From NCBI GenBank assembly GCA_002689325.1, contig NZFP01000009.1:2587-66586 (forward strand): DNA of 64,000 bases, in the 5' to 3' direction. A program made the position numbers and the translations under genes. Within the stretch, counting starts at the first letter, position 1. The number at the start of each line of letters is the position of its first letter. Positions 37,166 to 46,717 of the stretch are shown here, piece after piece. The notes below the pieces were generated by a model that did not search any database, was not told where the DNA came from, and saw only the letters and a list, made by a program, of their open reading frames with translations. This DNA comes from Rickettsiales bacterium. GTDB taxonomy: Bacteria > Pseudomonadota > Alphaproteobacteria > Methylaequorales > Methylaequoraceae.

Positions 37166-40100
37166 AAAACGTCTTTACCTGCTTTTAAGTTTTCTAATTT
37201 CTTACTTTCAATAGCTTTTTTAAAGTCAATAGGTAATACCTTAACAAAATATTTAATTTCTTCATCAAAATTATTCAAAATAAACCTTGATTGTGAAGAG
37301 TTTGTATAATTAGTATGTCTAGTTAATAATTCCTTAATCCTCAGTTCATCACTGTCGAGGAAGGAAAACTTGTTAAAAATATTATTAAAACTATCTGAAT
37401 CACCTTTGTCAATTTTTTGTGTTTCAACCATTGAGAAATTACATTTTGAAGAAAAACTGTCATCTTTGTCGTAAACATATGCTATCCCACCACTCATTCC
37501 TGCGCCAAAATTAACTCCTGTTTCACCTAAAACCATTATAACTCCTCCTGTCATATATTCACAGCAATGATCTCCTGTACCTTCAACAACTGCAATTGCT
37601 CCTGAATTTCTTACTGCAAATCTTTCACCTGCAACTCCAGAAAAAAAACATTCTCCAGCTACAGCTCCATAAAGAACAGTATTACCTACAATTATATTTT
37701 TATGCGAATCAATTTTAGAATTACTAAAAGGTTTAATTATTATTCTTCCTCCTGACAAACCTTTTCCTACGTAATCATTTGCTTCACCATTAAGATTTAG
37801 TGTTACTCCTTTGGCTAAAAATGTACCAAAGCTTTGTCCAGCTGTTCCACTGAGATTAATTATAATTGAGTCCTCATTAAGCCCTTTATGTCCATATTTT
37901 TGGGCAATTTCACCTGACAGCATTGCACCAAAACTTCTATCTGTATTCTTAATTAACTTATTAATTTGAGTACTTCTTTTAATCCCTTTTATTACATCTT
38001 TGGCTTCTTGAATTACTTTTAAATCAAGAACATTTTTAATATCATGATTTTGACATGAGGAACTGAAATTTTCTTTTTGATTCTCAGTCTTTGGTTTCCA
38101 TAATATTTTTGTTAAATCAATGTCCTTTGCTTTCCAGTGATCAATAGCACCTTGTTTGCATAAAAGGTCAGAACGACCTATTAAATCATCAAACTTTGTG
38201 AAACCAAGAATAGCCATAATCTCTCTAACTTCTTCTGCTACTAAAAAAAAATAATTAATTACGTTTTCAGGTGTCCCAATGAATTTTTTTCTTAAGGCTT
38301 CATTCTGTGTGGCTACTCCAACAGGACATGTGTTCAAATGACATTTTCTCATCATTATACAACCTATGGAAACTAGTGGAGCAGTTGAAAAACCAAATTC
38401 ATCAGCCCCTAATAGAGCTCCTATAATTACGTCTCTTCCTGTTTTTAAGCCTCCATCTACTTGCAATGAGATTCTATCTCTCAGTTTATTCATAACCAAG
38501 GTCTGATGAGTCTCAGCTAAACCAAGTTCCCATGGTGTTCCTGCATTCTTGATTGACGTCAAAGGTGACGCTCCTGTACCACCATCATAACCAGCGATTG
38601 TAATATGGTCTGCCTTACATTTAGTAACTCCAGCAGCAACAACCCCCACACCAAATTCTGAAACTAATTTTACGCTAATTCTAGCTTTGGAATTAACATT
38701 TTTTAAATCAAATATTAGCTGGGCTAGATCCTCAATAGAGTAGATGTCATGATGGGGTGGAGGTGAAATAAGTCCCACTCCAGGAGTTGAATGTCTTACC
38801 TCAGCTATTTTGTCATCAACTTTATGTCCAGGAAGCTGTCCTCCTTCTCCGGGCTTTGCTCCCTGTGCAATTTTTATTTGAATATCATTTGCATTAACTA
38901 AATACTCCGTTGTTACGCCAAATCTTCCTGAAGCAACTTGTTTAATTGCACTTTTTAATGAGTCTCCATTTTTAAGTTTTTTGAAACGTTCCGGTTCTTC
39001 ACCTCCCTCGCCGGTGTTCGATTTTCCACCTATTCTATTCATAGCAATAGCAAGAGTAGTATGAGCCTCTCTAGAAATCGATCCAAAAGACATGGCACCA
39101 GTAGAAAATCTCTTAACAATCTCTTCAGCTTTTTCTACTTGATTTATTGAGACAGCCTTCTTTTTCTTGAAGTCAAATAAACTTCTAATCGTAAACATTG
39201 ATTTACTGTGATCATTAATTTGGTTTGAAAAATTTTTAAAAGAATCTTTTGAGTTAATTCTCACAGCTTGTTGAAGGTTAGAAATTGTTGCAGGTGACCA
39301 TGCATGTTTTTCACCGTTGACTCTGAAGGCATATTCTCCTCCATCTGCAAGTTTTGAACTTTCATTTAATTGCCTAATTCTATTAAACCTATCTAATGTT
39401 TCTTTTTGTAATTGATTCAAATTAATTCCACCGATTAGAGAGGAAGTGCCACAAAAGAATTTTTCTACAACCGCCTCGGATAAACCTATAGCATCAAAAA
39501 TTTGTGCACCACAGTAGGATTTAAGTGTTGAAATACCCATCTTAGACATAATTTTTAAAATAGCTTTACCGGATGCCTTAATAAAGTTTGCTCTGGCTAA
39601 TTCTTTTTCTTTAGGGCTTGAGAGATTATCTATTGTCTCAAATGCTAAATATGGGTTTATTGCTTCTACACCATATCCAAATAAAACTGAAAAATGATGA
39701 AGTTCTCTGGCTTCACCGGTTTCGAGCAGAATGCTTACTTTCATTCTCAAACCTTCTTTTATTAAATAGTGATGAACCGCAGATACAGCTAATAAGGCTG
39801 GTATGGGGGCGTTAACGCCAGAGAAGTTTTTATCTGAAAGTATTATTATATTACTTCCATCTTTAATTTGTGATTTAACTTCATAGCATATCTTGTCAAT
39901 ACCTTCCTGTAGTTCATTTCCATAACTAGAATTTTTAAATAATATGTCAACCTTTGAAGTTTTTAATTTTCCGTTAGTAAGATCCTTTAAATTGACAATT
40001 GATTGAAGATCGTTATTACTCAAAATTGGTTGATCTAATTCAAGCCTGAGAAAATTATTTTGGTCAGGTGTGGAAAAAATGTTGGGTTTTGATCCTAGAC

Positions 40101-41721
40101 TCATTTTTAAAGACATAACTAATTCTTCCCTAATTGGGTCGATAGGCGGGTTTGTTACCTGAGCAAAACACTGTTTAAAATAAGAATACAGAAGTTTGGT
40201 TTTGTCGCATAGAAGTGAAATTGGAGTATCGGTTCCCATCGATCCAGTAGGTTCAATACCAGATTTAAGTATTGGGTTTAAAAAAAATGAAATATCCTCT
40301 TTTGTATAACCAAATGCAGTTTGGTAAAGTGTTAGCTGGTTAGAATCTATATTTTTGGAAATATCTTTTTTTTTGATATCATCGATGAATATTTGATTCT
40401 TTTTTAAGTGTGACTCATAGTTATTTTTTGTTGCATATTTTTCTTTAATCTCCTCATTGTCTATTATTTTTTTTTCAATCAAGTCTATCAAGAATATCTT
40501 TCCAGGTTGGAGTCTCCATCTTTTTTTTACACTGGATGGATCAATTGGTAAGACTCCCATCTCTGAAGATAACAAAACAGTCCCATCATCTGTAACCAAA
40601 TATCTTGAGGGTCTTAGACCATTTCTGTCGAGAATTGCACCGATTTTTTTTCCATCTGTAAAACACATTGCAGCCGGTCCATCCCATGGCTCAATAAAAT
40701 TAGAGTGATAATTAAAATAACTGTTTACTTGTTTAGAGTGGTGCTTATTTTTTTCCCATGCTTCCGGAATTAATAACATCATTGCCTCTTCAATATCAAA
40801 GCCTCCAATAACCAAATATTCTAAGGCATTATCAAAGGCAGCAGAATCTGATACACCTTCAAAAATTAGAGGGTTGATATCTTTAAACTCATCTGAAAAA
40901 AAAATTGAATCTGAAATTCTAGCTCTTGCATTCATCCAGTTTACATTACCTCTTAGAGTATTAATCTCTCCATTATGACACAAGAATCTGAAAGGTTGGG
41001 CCAACTCCCAACTTGGAAAAGTGTTAGTTGAAAATCTTTGATGAACAATTGCTAATGAAGATATAAATAATTCGTCTTGAAAATCTAAATAAAAATCTCT
41101 TAGGTTATCTGACATAATCATTCCCTTGTAAGTAATTACTCTTGGGGATAATGATACAACGTAAAAATCAAACGATTTAAGTTCTATTTCCATATTTCTT
41201 CTGGCCAGAAATAATTTGGACTCAAATTGATTTATTTTTTGTGAGGGTTTTATTTCCTTAACAAAATATTGAATTATAGAGGGTTCTTTTCCAATTATTG
41301 ATTTACCAAGTATGCTTTTATTAGTAGGTACATTTCTTTTTACAATTATTTCTAAACCAAATTTTTTAAAATATTTTGTTATTATATCAGAACAATATTC
41401 TTTCTCATCCTTGTCTCTGGGTAAAAAAAACATTCCAACAGCATAGTCATCGGGTCTCGGCAAAATTGTATTTGAAATTGAGAACTCTTTTTGAAAGAAT
41501 TGATGCGGTATTTGTGTTAAAATGCCAACGCCATCTCCAGCCTTTGGATCAGCACTGACAGCACCTCTATGTGTTAGATTACTGAGTAATTTAAGCGCGT
41601 TATCAATTATTGATCTAGATGGAATATCATAGATATTTGCTACAAGACCAATTCCACATGAATCCTTCTCATACTTAGAGTCGTAAAGTCCTAATTTTCT
41701 TTTTTTTAAAAACATCCTCAA
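37153..41721 (-). CDS. gltB: Glutamate synthase large subunit
   Basis: N-terminal CGIG amidotransferase, HQRFSTNT, QGAKPGEGGQLPG, CHLNTCPVG. Confidence 0.97.
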   Translation of the reverse strand: MRMFLKKRKLGLYDSKYEKDSCGIGLVANIYDIPSRSIIDNALKLLSNLTHRGAVSADPKAGDGVGILTQIPHQFFQKEFSISNTILPRPDDYAVGMFFLPRDKDEKEYCSDIITKYFKKFGLEIIVKRNVPTNKSILGKSIIGKEPSIIQYFVKEIKPSQKINQFESKLFLARRNMEIELKSFDFYVVSLSPRVITYKGMIMSDNLRDFYLDFQDELFISSLAIVHQRFSTNTFPSWELAQPFRFLCHNGEINTLRGNVNWMNARARISDSIFFSDEFKDINPLIFEGVSDSAAFDNALEYLVIGGFDIEEAMMLLIPEAWEKNKHHSKQVNSYFNYHSNFIEPWDGPAAMCFTDGKKIGAILDRNGLRPSRYLVTDDGTVLLSSEMGVLPIDPSSVKKRWRLQPGKIFLIDLIEKKIIDNEEIKEKYATKNNYESHLKKNQIFIDDIKKKDISKNIDSNQLTLYQTAFGYTKEDISFFLNPILKSGIEPTGSMGTDTPISLLCDKTKLLYSYFKQCFAQVTNPPIDPIREELVMSLKMSLGSKPNIFSTPDQNNFLRLELDQPILSNNDLQSIVNLKDLTNGKLKTSKVDILFKNSSYGNELQEGIDKICYEVKSQIKDGSNIIILSDKNFSGVNAPIPALLAVSAVHHYLIKEGLRMKVSILLETGEARELHHFSVLFGYGVEAINPYLAFETIDNLSSPKEKELARANFIKASGKAILKIMSKMGISTLKSYCGAQIFDAIGLSEAVVEKFFCGTSSLIGGINLNQLQKETLDRFNRIRQLNESSKLADGGEYAFRVNGEKHAWSPATISNLQQAVRINSKDSFKNFSNQINDHSKSMFTIRSLFDFKKKKAVSINQVEKAEEIVKRFSTGAMSFGSISREAHTTLAIAMNRIGGKSNTGEGGEEPERFKKLKNGDSLKSAIKQVASGRFGVTTEYLVNANDIQIKIAQGAKPGEGGQLPGHKVDDKIAEVRHSTPGVGLISPPPHHDIYSIEDLAQLIFDLKNVNSKARISVKLVSEFGVGVVAAGVTKCKADHITIAGYDGGTGASPLTSIKNAGTPWELGLAETHQTLVMNKLRDRISLQVDGGLKTGRDVIIGALLGADEFGFSTAPLVSIGCIMMRKCHLNTCPVGVATQNEALRKKFIGTPENVINYFFLVAEEVREIMAILGFTKFDDLIGRSDLLCKQGAIDHWKAKDIDLTKILWKPKTENQKENFSSSCQNHDIKNVLDLKVIQEAKDVIKGIKRSTQINKLIKNTDRSFGAMLSGEIAQKYGHKGLNEDSIIINLSGTAGQSFGTFLAKGVTLNLNGEANDYVGKGLSGGRIIIKPFSNSKIDSHKNIIVGNTVLYGAVAGECFFSGVAGERFAVRNSGAIAVVEGTGDHCCEYMTGGVIMVLGETGVNFGAGMSGGIAYVYDKDDSFSSKCNFSMVETQKIDKGDSDSFNNIFNKFSFLDSDELRIKELLTRHTNYTNSSQSRFILNNFDEEIKYFVKVLPIDFKKAIESKKLENLKAGKDVLWEK

Positions 41722-41769
41722 TTAATATTTATGATTAAAAGCATTGTTTATCAACACTTTAATGACTTT

Positions 41770-42459
41770 TTAATCAAAATTCATTACTTTTTCATAGTAT
41801 ATGTTTCCCATAGTCTCTGAATCGGAAATTTCTTCTCTTATTAACTTAACTAACCCCAAACCTGGAGCGTACCATTCGGTTTTTTTAATCGTAATATCAA
41901 TTTTACCTAATGGTGCTCCAGGAAAAAAACTGGTTTGACCAAATCCTTCAATTTTTAAACAATTTTTTAAAATTTTATTTTTAATTTTAACAGTCTCATT
42001 TAAGCCAATTAATTTGTTTTCTATATTTATTGGTAGTAAAGTTCTGTAAATTCTATCATAGCCTAATTTCACAACTAATGTGGTCAAGTCATTTGTGTTC
42101 CAGGACTTGTTCTTTTCCAAGGACATTTGATAAACAATATTTTCACGTTCAAACTCTAATTTTTCCTTGGGACGGTCAACAAGACCAGGGAATAGATATT
42201 GAACTTCTTTGAGGATAAGTCTTTGTGGCTCTTTTTTATATTCTATAACTTTCCCGTCACTTCTGACTAATACAGATTTTCTCTTATCTGACTCCTTTAA
42301 AAAGTAAGATTGTTTGTATTTTTTAGTTATTTTTTCTTTATTAATAAATTTGATGTCATAGTGAAGTGTTTGCCCCGTTTTTAAAGAACTGAAGTGTTCA
42401 TTCTCATTACATGAAAGTAATAAAAAAATAAATAAAAGTGGATGATAAAAAAAATTCAT
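41770..42459 (-). CDS. Hypothetical lipoprotein
   Basis: Lipobox LLSC; EWYAPGLGLVK motif. Confidence 0.65.
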   Translation of the reverse strand: MNFFYHPLLFIFLLLSCNENEHFSSLKTGQTLHYDIKFINKEKITKKYKQSYFLKESDKRKSVLVRSDGKVIEYKKEPQRLILKEVQYLFPGLVDRPKEKLEFERENIVYQMSLEKNKSWNTNDLTTLVVKLGYDRIYRTLLPINIENKLIGLNETVKIKNKILKNCLKIEGFGQTSFFPGAPLGKIDITIKKTEWYAPGLGLVKLIREEISDSETMGNIYYEKVMNFD

Positions 42460-42486
42460 TAAAAATATAAATTCTCAATTTAAAAT

Positions 42487-43092
42487 TTACTTTTCTTCTT
42501 TTATCAGATGTGAATAACCAAGTTTATATTCAAGAGCATTACATAACATTTGCCCAATTAAAATATGCATTTCTTGGATTCTTGAGGTATTTAGAGCAGG
42601 AACAGATATTATTTCATCACATAAACGACTTACTAAACGTGTGTAATTTCCTGTAAATACTACACATTTAAGTCCTTTTTTCTTTGCAGTTTTAAACGCA
42701 TTTATTACATTCTGACTCTTACCAGACGTTGTTATTCCAATTGCAATATCATCTCTTTCTCCTAAGGCTTCAATTTGTCTTGAAAATACAAAATCAAATC
42801 CAAAATCATTGCCTATTGCAGTTAGTGCTGAGGTATCTGTAGCCAATGATATTGCTGGAATTGCTTTCCGGTTTTTCGAGAACCTAACTGTTAGCTCTGT
42901 TGCTAAATGTTGGGCGTCAGACGCACTTCCACCATTTCCAAAAAAAAGAATCTTTCTTTTCTTTTTTAGTGAACTTATACAAATTTTTGTTACATTTAAA
43001 AAAGAAGACTGAAGTTTTTTTTGGCAATCGATTGTAACCTTATTGTGTTCTTCAAATTGTCTATTAAAAAAGTTTTCTAAATCATTACTCAC
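42487..43092 (-). CDS. gmhA: Phosphoheptose isomerase
   Basis: GNGGSASDAQH, TAIGNDFG, RIQEMH. Confidence 0.92.
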   Translation of the reverse strand: MSNDLENFFNRQFEEHNKVTIDCQKKLQSSFLNVTKICISSLKKKRKILFFGNGGSASDAQHLATELTVRFSKNRKAIPAISLATDTSALTAIGNDFGFDFVFSRQIEALGERDDIAIGITTSGKSQNVINAFKTAKKKGLKCVVFTGNYTRLVSRLCDEIISVPALNTSRIQEMHILIGQMLCNALEYKLGYSHLIKEEK

Positions 43093-43108
43093 ACTAATTT
43101 TTCCTCAA

Positions 43109-43184
43109 TGGCGATCTTATCTGGACTCGAACCAGAAACTAATCCTTAGGAGGGATTTGTTATATCCACTTTAACTATAAGACC
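43109..43184 (-). tRNA. tRNA-Arg(CCT)
   Basis: Full cloverleaf GGTCTTA...AATCC-CT-CCT-AA-GGATT...GGTTCGAGTCC...TAAGATC-G-CCA. Confidence 0.93.
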
Positions 43185-43188
43185 AAAT

Positions 43189-43716
43189 TTATCTTCCAAA
43201 TGGTATTTGATATTTCAAAACTAAAGTCTCAGAACCTGGGTTTTTTTTACCACTGTCTGCGTTTGAAATATGAAAAATTCCAACTCCTAACCTTGCCTTA
43301 TTTTTAAATCTATAAAAGACATCAATTCCAATGTAGAATTCTAAAGGGTTTCCTGCTTTAATTTCGTTTCCATCTTTATAATATCCACAAGCTAAACTTG
43401 GTGTCCAAACAATGTTTTTCTTTTTTCCATAGTATCCATCAATTCCAAAGCCACCGTAGGCATAATATGCATTTTCATTGGTACCTAAAAAACCAGCGAA
43501 GGGCTTAATTAAATTAAACATCTTCCTTCCGCTATGTACCTCTAAGTTTATCATTCCTGATTGATCATTATGGGGAGGAGAACCATCCTCCATGTAATTG
43601 AAGACACCCACTCCTAAGGAAAATCTAGCTGAATCTCTAGCCATAGCATTTGAGTTTAAAAAAACCAAAAGTGAAATAATAGTTACATTTAATAAAAAGT
43701 TATACTTCATCTGCAT
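43189..43716 (-). CDS. PagL-like acyloxyacyl hydrolase (lipid A deacylase family)
   Basis: Signal peptide, beta-barrel pattern, FHISNA...NPGSE, terminal YQIPF. Confidence 0.8.
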   Translation of the reverse strand: MQMKYNFLLNVTIISLLVFLNSNAMARDSARFSLGVGVFNYMEDGSPPHNDQSGMINLEVHSGRKMFNLIKPFAGFLGTNENAYYAYGGFGIDGYYGKKKNIVWTPSLACGYYKDGNEIKAGNPLEFYIGIDVFYRFKNKARLGVGIFHISNADSGKKNPGSETLVLKYQIPFGR

Positions 43717-44277
43717 TTAAAACGGGATTTGATATTTTAGTATTATTGACTCAGAGCCTGGGTTTTCAGTTCCTAATCCGGCATTTGATATATGGTAAAT
43801 TCCAACTCCAACTCTTACATTGTTCCTAAATCTATACGATATATCCCCTCCACTCATAAACTCCAATCTATTATACATTTTTATTTCATCTCCGTCCACA
43901 TACCAACCAGCAGCAAAACTTGGCGTTAATACTATACATTTACAATCGCCGAAATAAAAATCGACTGCTAATCCACCATAACCATACAAAGCATCTTCAC
44001 TTGTTCCTAAAAAACCAATTTTTGGTTTAAAAATTTTAAAAATTCTTTTTGGAGACTGATATTCAAGCTGATACAAAATCGAAGTTTTTGCAATACTTTC
44101 CTCTGAAAAACAAGTACTATCAGAATGTAAAGATATGCATCTTTTTTCCCCGTTTTCCATAAAATTATAAATACCACCACCTACTGATAACCTAGATTTA
44201 TTATCTATTGCATCAACTGAAAAAAAAGGAAACAAACAAAAGAATAAAATTAATTTAACTTTTTTAAACATTCTCAC
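43717..44277 (-). CDS. PagL-like acyloxyacyl hydrolase, tandem paralog
   Basis: YHISNAGLG.ENPGSE, terminal YQIPF. Confidence 0.8.
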   Translation of the reverse strand: MRMFKKVKLILFFCLFPFFSVDAIDNKSRLSVGGGIYNFMENGEKRCISLHSDSTCFSEESIAKTSILYQLEYQSPKRIFKIFKPKIGFLGTSEDALYGYGGLAVDFYFGDCKCIVLTPSFAAGWYVDGDEIKMYNRLEFMSGGDISYRFRNNVRVGVGIYHISNAGLGTENPGSESIILKYQIPF

Positions 44278-44324
44278 TAAATTTATAATAAATATTATAA
44301 ATGAAGTGTTAAGGTAACATTTAA

Positions 44325-45761
44325 GTGATAAAAAATAAATTTTTAATTTTCTTAATTTTCTTTTTCATATTTTGTTCAACTTCAAGTTGTGTGGTTACAC
44401 CATCTTCTGGACAAAGAGAAATAAGTCTAATGTCTGAAAAAGATGAAAAGGCTATAGGAAAGGCTGAACATCCAAAAATTATCAAACAGTTTGGAGGAAT
44501 ATATAAAAATAATACTCTTCAAAATTATATCGAGAGTTTGGGGAAATTTCTTGTATCTACATCCGAAAGTCCAAATCTTAAGTTCACTTTTACTATACTT
44601 AATTCACCAATAATAAACGCATTTGCACTTCCTGGAGGGTATATATATCTGACCAGGGGGTTAATTTACCTTTGTCAAAATGAAGCCCAACTAGCCGGTG
44701 TCATAGCACACGAAATTGGTCATGTAACAGGGAGACATTCAGCTAAAAGGTATACTAGAGCTGTTGGAACAAACCTATTAGGTAATTTGCTCAATACTCT
44801 CATAAAAAATCCTATTTTACAAAATTTAACGAATACTACTTCATCTCTTTATCTCTTATCGTATTCACGAAAAAATGAATATGAGGCGGATAGTTTAGCA
44901 ACTAGCTATATGGTTAGAGCAGGATTTGAACCATATGAAATGGCAAACTTTTTAAAACAAATGGAACAATACTCAAAGTTACAAAAAAAAATAATTGGAG
45001 ATAGAAAAAAAGTTTCAGAACTATTGTTAACCCATCCTAATTCTTCAAAAAGAGTTATGGAAGTTATCAATAGTGTTAATGATTCCTCTAATTATAAACC
45101 AATAATCGGAAGAGAAGTTTTTTTGAAAAAAATTGACGGAATGCTTTATGGAGACAAACCAGAGGAAGGATTTTTTTACAAAAACACATTCATACATAAA
45201 CCACTGGACTTTTTTTTTAATTTTGATGAATCAATTTTTTTTATTAATAACCCAAAGTTTCTTTTAGGCCTGGGAGAAAATGATGTAAAGATTTTTTTTG
45301 ATGTAGATAATAATATGAAACTAGATGACTTAGAGTATTTTTCGAGTTGGGCCAAAACACCCAAAAAAAACATTTTGAACTATAGTAAAAAAACGATTGG
45401 TAATTTTATCATTTCTGAATGTATAATAAAAAAATCTGACCAAGCCATAGGACTGGCTCTAATTAAAGACGATAAAAATCTTTACAGGTTTTCAATTACT
45501 TCAGAAAAAAAATATTTCAAAAATTACAAAAAAAAATTTTCTAATATTGTCTATTCATTTGGAAGAGTTTCCACCAATTCAAGTATTGACAAAATTGAAC
45601 CACCAAAAATTAGAGTGATTAGGAACTCTCCAGATGAAAATTTTATTAAAGAAGTGATAAAAAAGAGTAGTTTTCAAAAAAGGTTTTCAAAAGACATTTT
45701 TATGACTATCAATAATGTCGATGAAATTAAGACTAATCAAAAAATTAAAACAATTTATTGA
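44325..45761 (+). CDS. M48 family metalloprotease (BepA/YfgC-like)
   Basis: NAFALPGG, AHEIGH, YSRKNEYEAD, THP. Confidence 0.9.
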   Translation: MIKNKFLIFLIFFFIFCSTSSCVVTPSSGQREISLMSEKDEKAIGKAEHPKIIKQFGGIYKNNTLQNYIESLGKFLVSTSESPNLKFTFTILNSPIINAFALPGGYIYLTRGLIYLCQNEAQLAGVIAHEIGHVTGRHSAKRYTRAVGTNLLGNLLNTLIKNPILQNLTNTTSSLYLLSYSRKNEYEADSLATSYMVRAGFEPYEMANFLKQMEQYSKLQKKIIGDRKKVSELLLTHPNSSKRVMEVINSVNDSSNYKPIIGREVFLKKIDGMLYGDKPEEGFFYKNTFIHKPLDFFFNFDESIFFINNPKFLLGLGENDVKIFFDVDNNMKLDDLEYFSSWAKTPKKNILNYSKKTIGNFIISECIIKKSDQAIGLALIKDDKNLYRFSITSEKKYFKNYKKKFSNIVYSFGRVSTNSSIDKIEPPKIRVIRNSPDENFIKEVIKKSSFQKRFSKDIFMTINNVDEIKTNQKIKTIY

Positions 45762-46258
45762 TTTAATAATTCCTCTAATTTAACTTTAGCCATTTTTTTC
45801 TCTAAATTCTGAACAGCTGCGTATTCGTTACTTAATCTATTTAATGCAGTTAGGTAAATTTGTCTTTCAGAATAAGATTGTTGTTCAAGAGAATCATCTT
45901 TTTTATGAAGATCTCTAACTACTTCAGCGATGAGAACTGGATCTCCACTGTTAATGTTTTTTTCATATTCTTTCGCCCTTTTTATCCACATATCTTTTTT
46001 AACAGAGGGTTTTTCAGCTAAAACTTCTAAAGCCTTTGATAATCTATTTTTATTGCTAAGTTTTCTAAGACCAGATTGAGAAGCTTTGATCTTAGGTATT
46101 CTTAACTTCATTTTATCTTGTTTAAAATTGATTAAAATAAAGTCTTGTGACGAACCATCAACCTCATACGTATCAAAATTTTCAACTTCGCCGACACCAT
46201 ATATAGGGTAAACAACAAGATCACCAACCTCCAGATTTAATTCATCTTCTTTTTTCAA
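45755..46258 (-). CDS. carD: CarD family transcriptional regulator
   Basis: GDLVVYP..GVG, INSGD...IAEVVRDL, SYSERQ. Confidence 0.9.
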   Translation of the reverse strand: MKKEDELNLEVGDLVVYPIYGVGEVENFDTYEVDGSSQDFILINFKQDKMKLRIPKIKASQSGLRKLSNKNRLSKALEVLAEKPSVKKDMWIKRAKEYEKNINSGDPVLIAEVVRDLHKKDDSLEQQSYSERQIYLTALNRLSNEYAAVQNLEKKMAKVKLEELLNQ

Positions 46259-46324
46259 AATGGGCTCCTAATTAATTATACAGTTGTGGATTATATTAGA
46301 AAAAGCTTTGAATACAAGCTTTAC

Positions 46325-46663
46325 TTAAGATCCTTTACCAGGCTTTTCGCTGAAATGCTTTTCAAATTTGTTGGAGACATCTTTCCAGTCGTCGCTATCA
46401 ACAGGGGGGGTACCAATTTTATTAATGTTTGGCCAAATTTCTGAATATTTTCTGTTAATTTCGATCCATTTTTTTGAAGATTCATCAGAATCATCACTTA
46501 TAGCTTCAGCTGGACATTCAGGCTCGCAGACACCACAATCAATGCACTCATCTGGATGGATAACAAGCATATTTTCTCCTTCATAGAAACAATCAACAGG
46601 GCAAACTTCAACACAATCCATGTATTTGCATTTCACACAAGCGTCTTTAACAACATAAGTCAT
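46325..46663 (-). CDS. fdxA: 7Fe ferredoxin
   Basis: [24 protein letters not shown]...[12 protein letters not shown]. Confidence 0.95.
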   Translation of the reverse strand: MTYVVKDACVKCKYMDCVEVCPVDCFYEGENMLVIHPDECIDCGVCEPECPAEAISDDSDESSKKWIEINRKYSEIWPNINKIGTPPVDSDDWKDVSNKFEKHFSEKPGKGS

Positions 46664-46717
46664 TATGTGGTATATAATCCAGTTTTAATATTTATTCAAC
46701 TTAATATTTAATACTTA

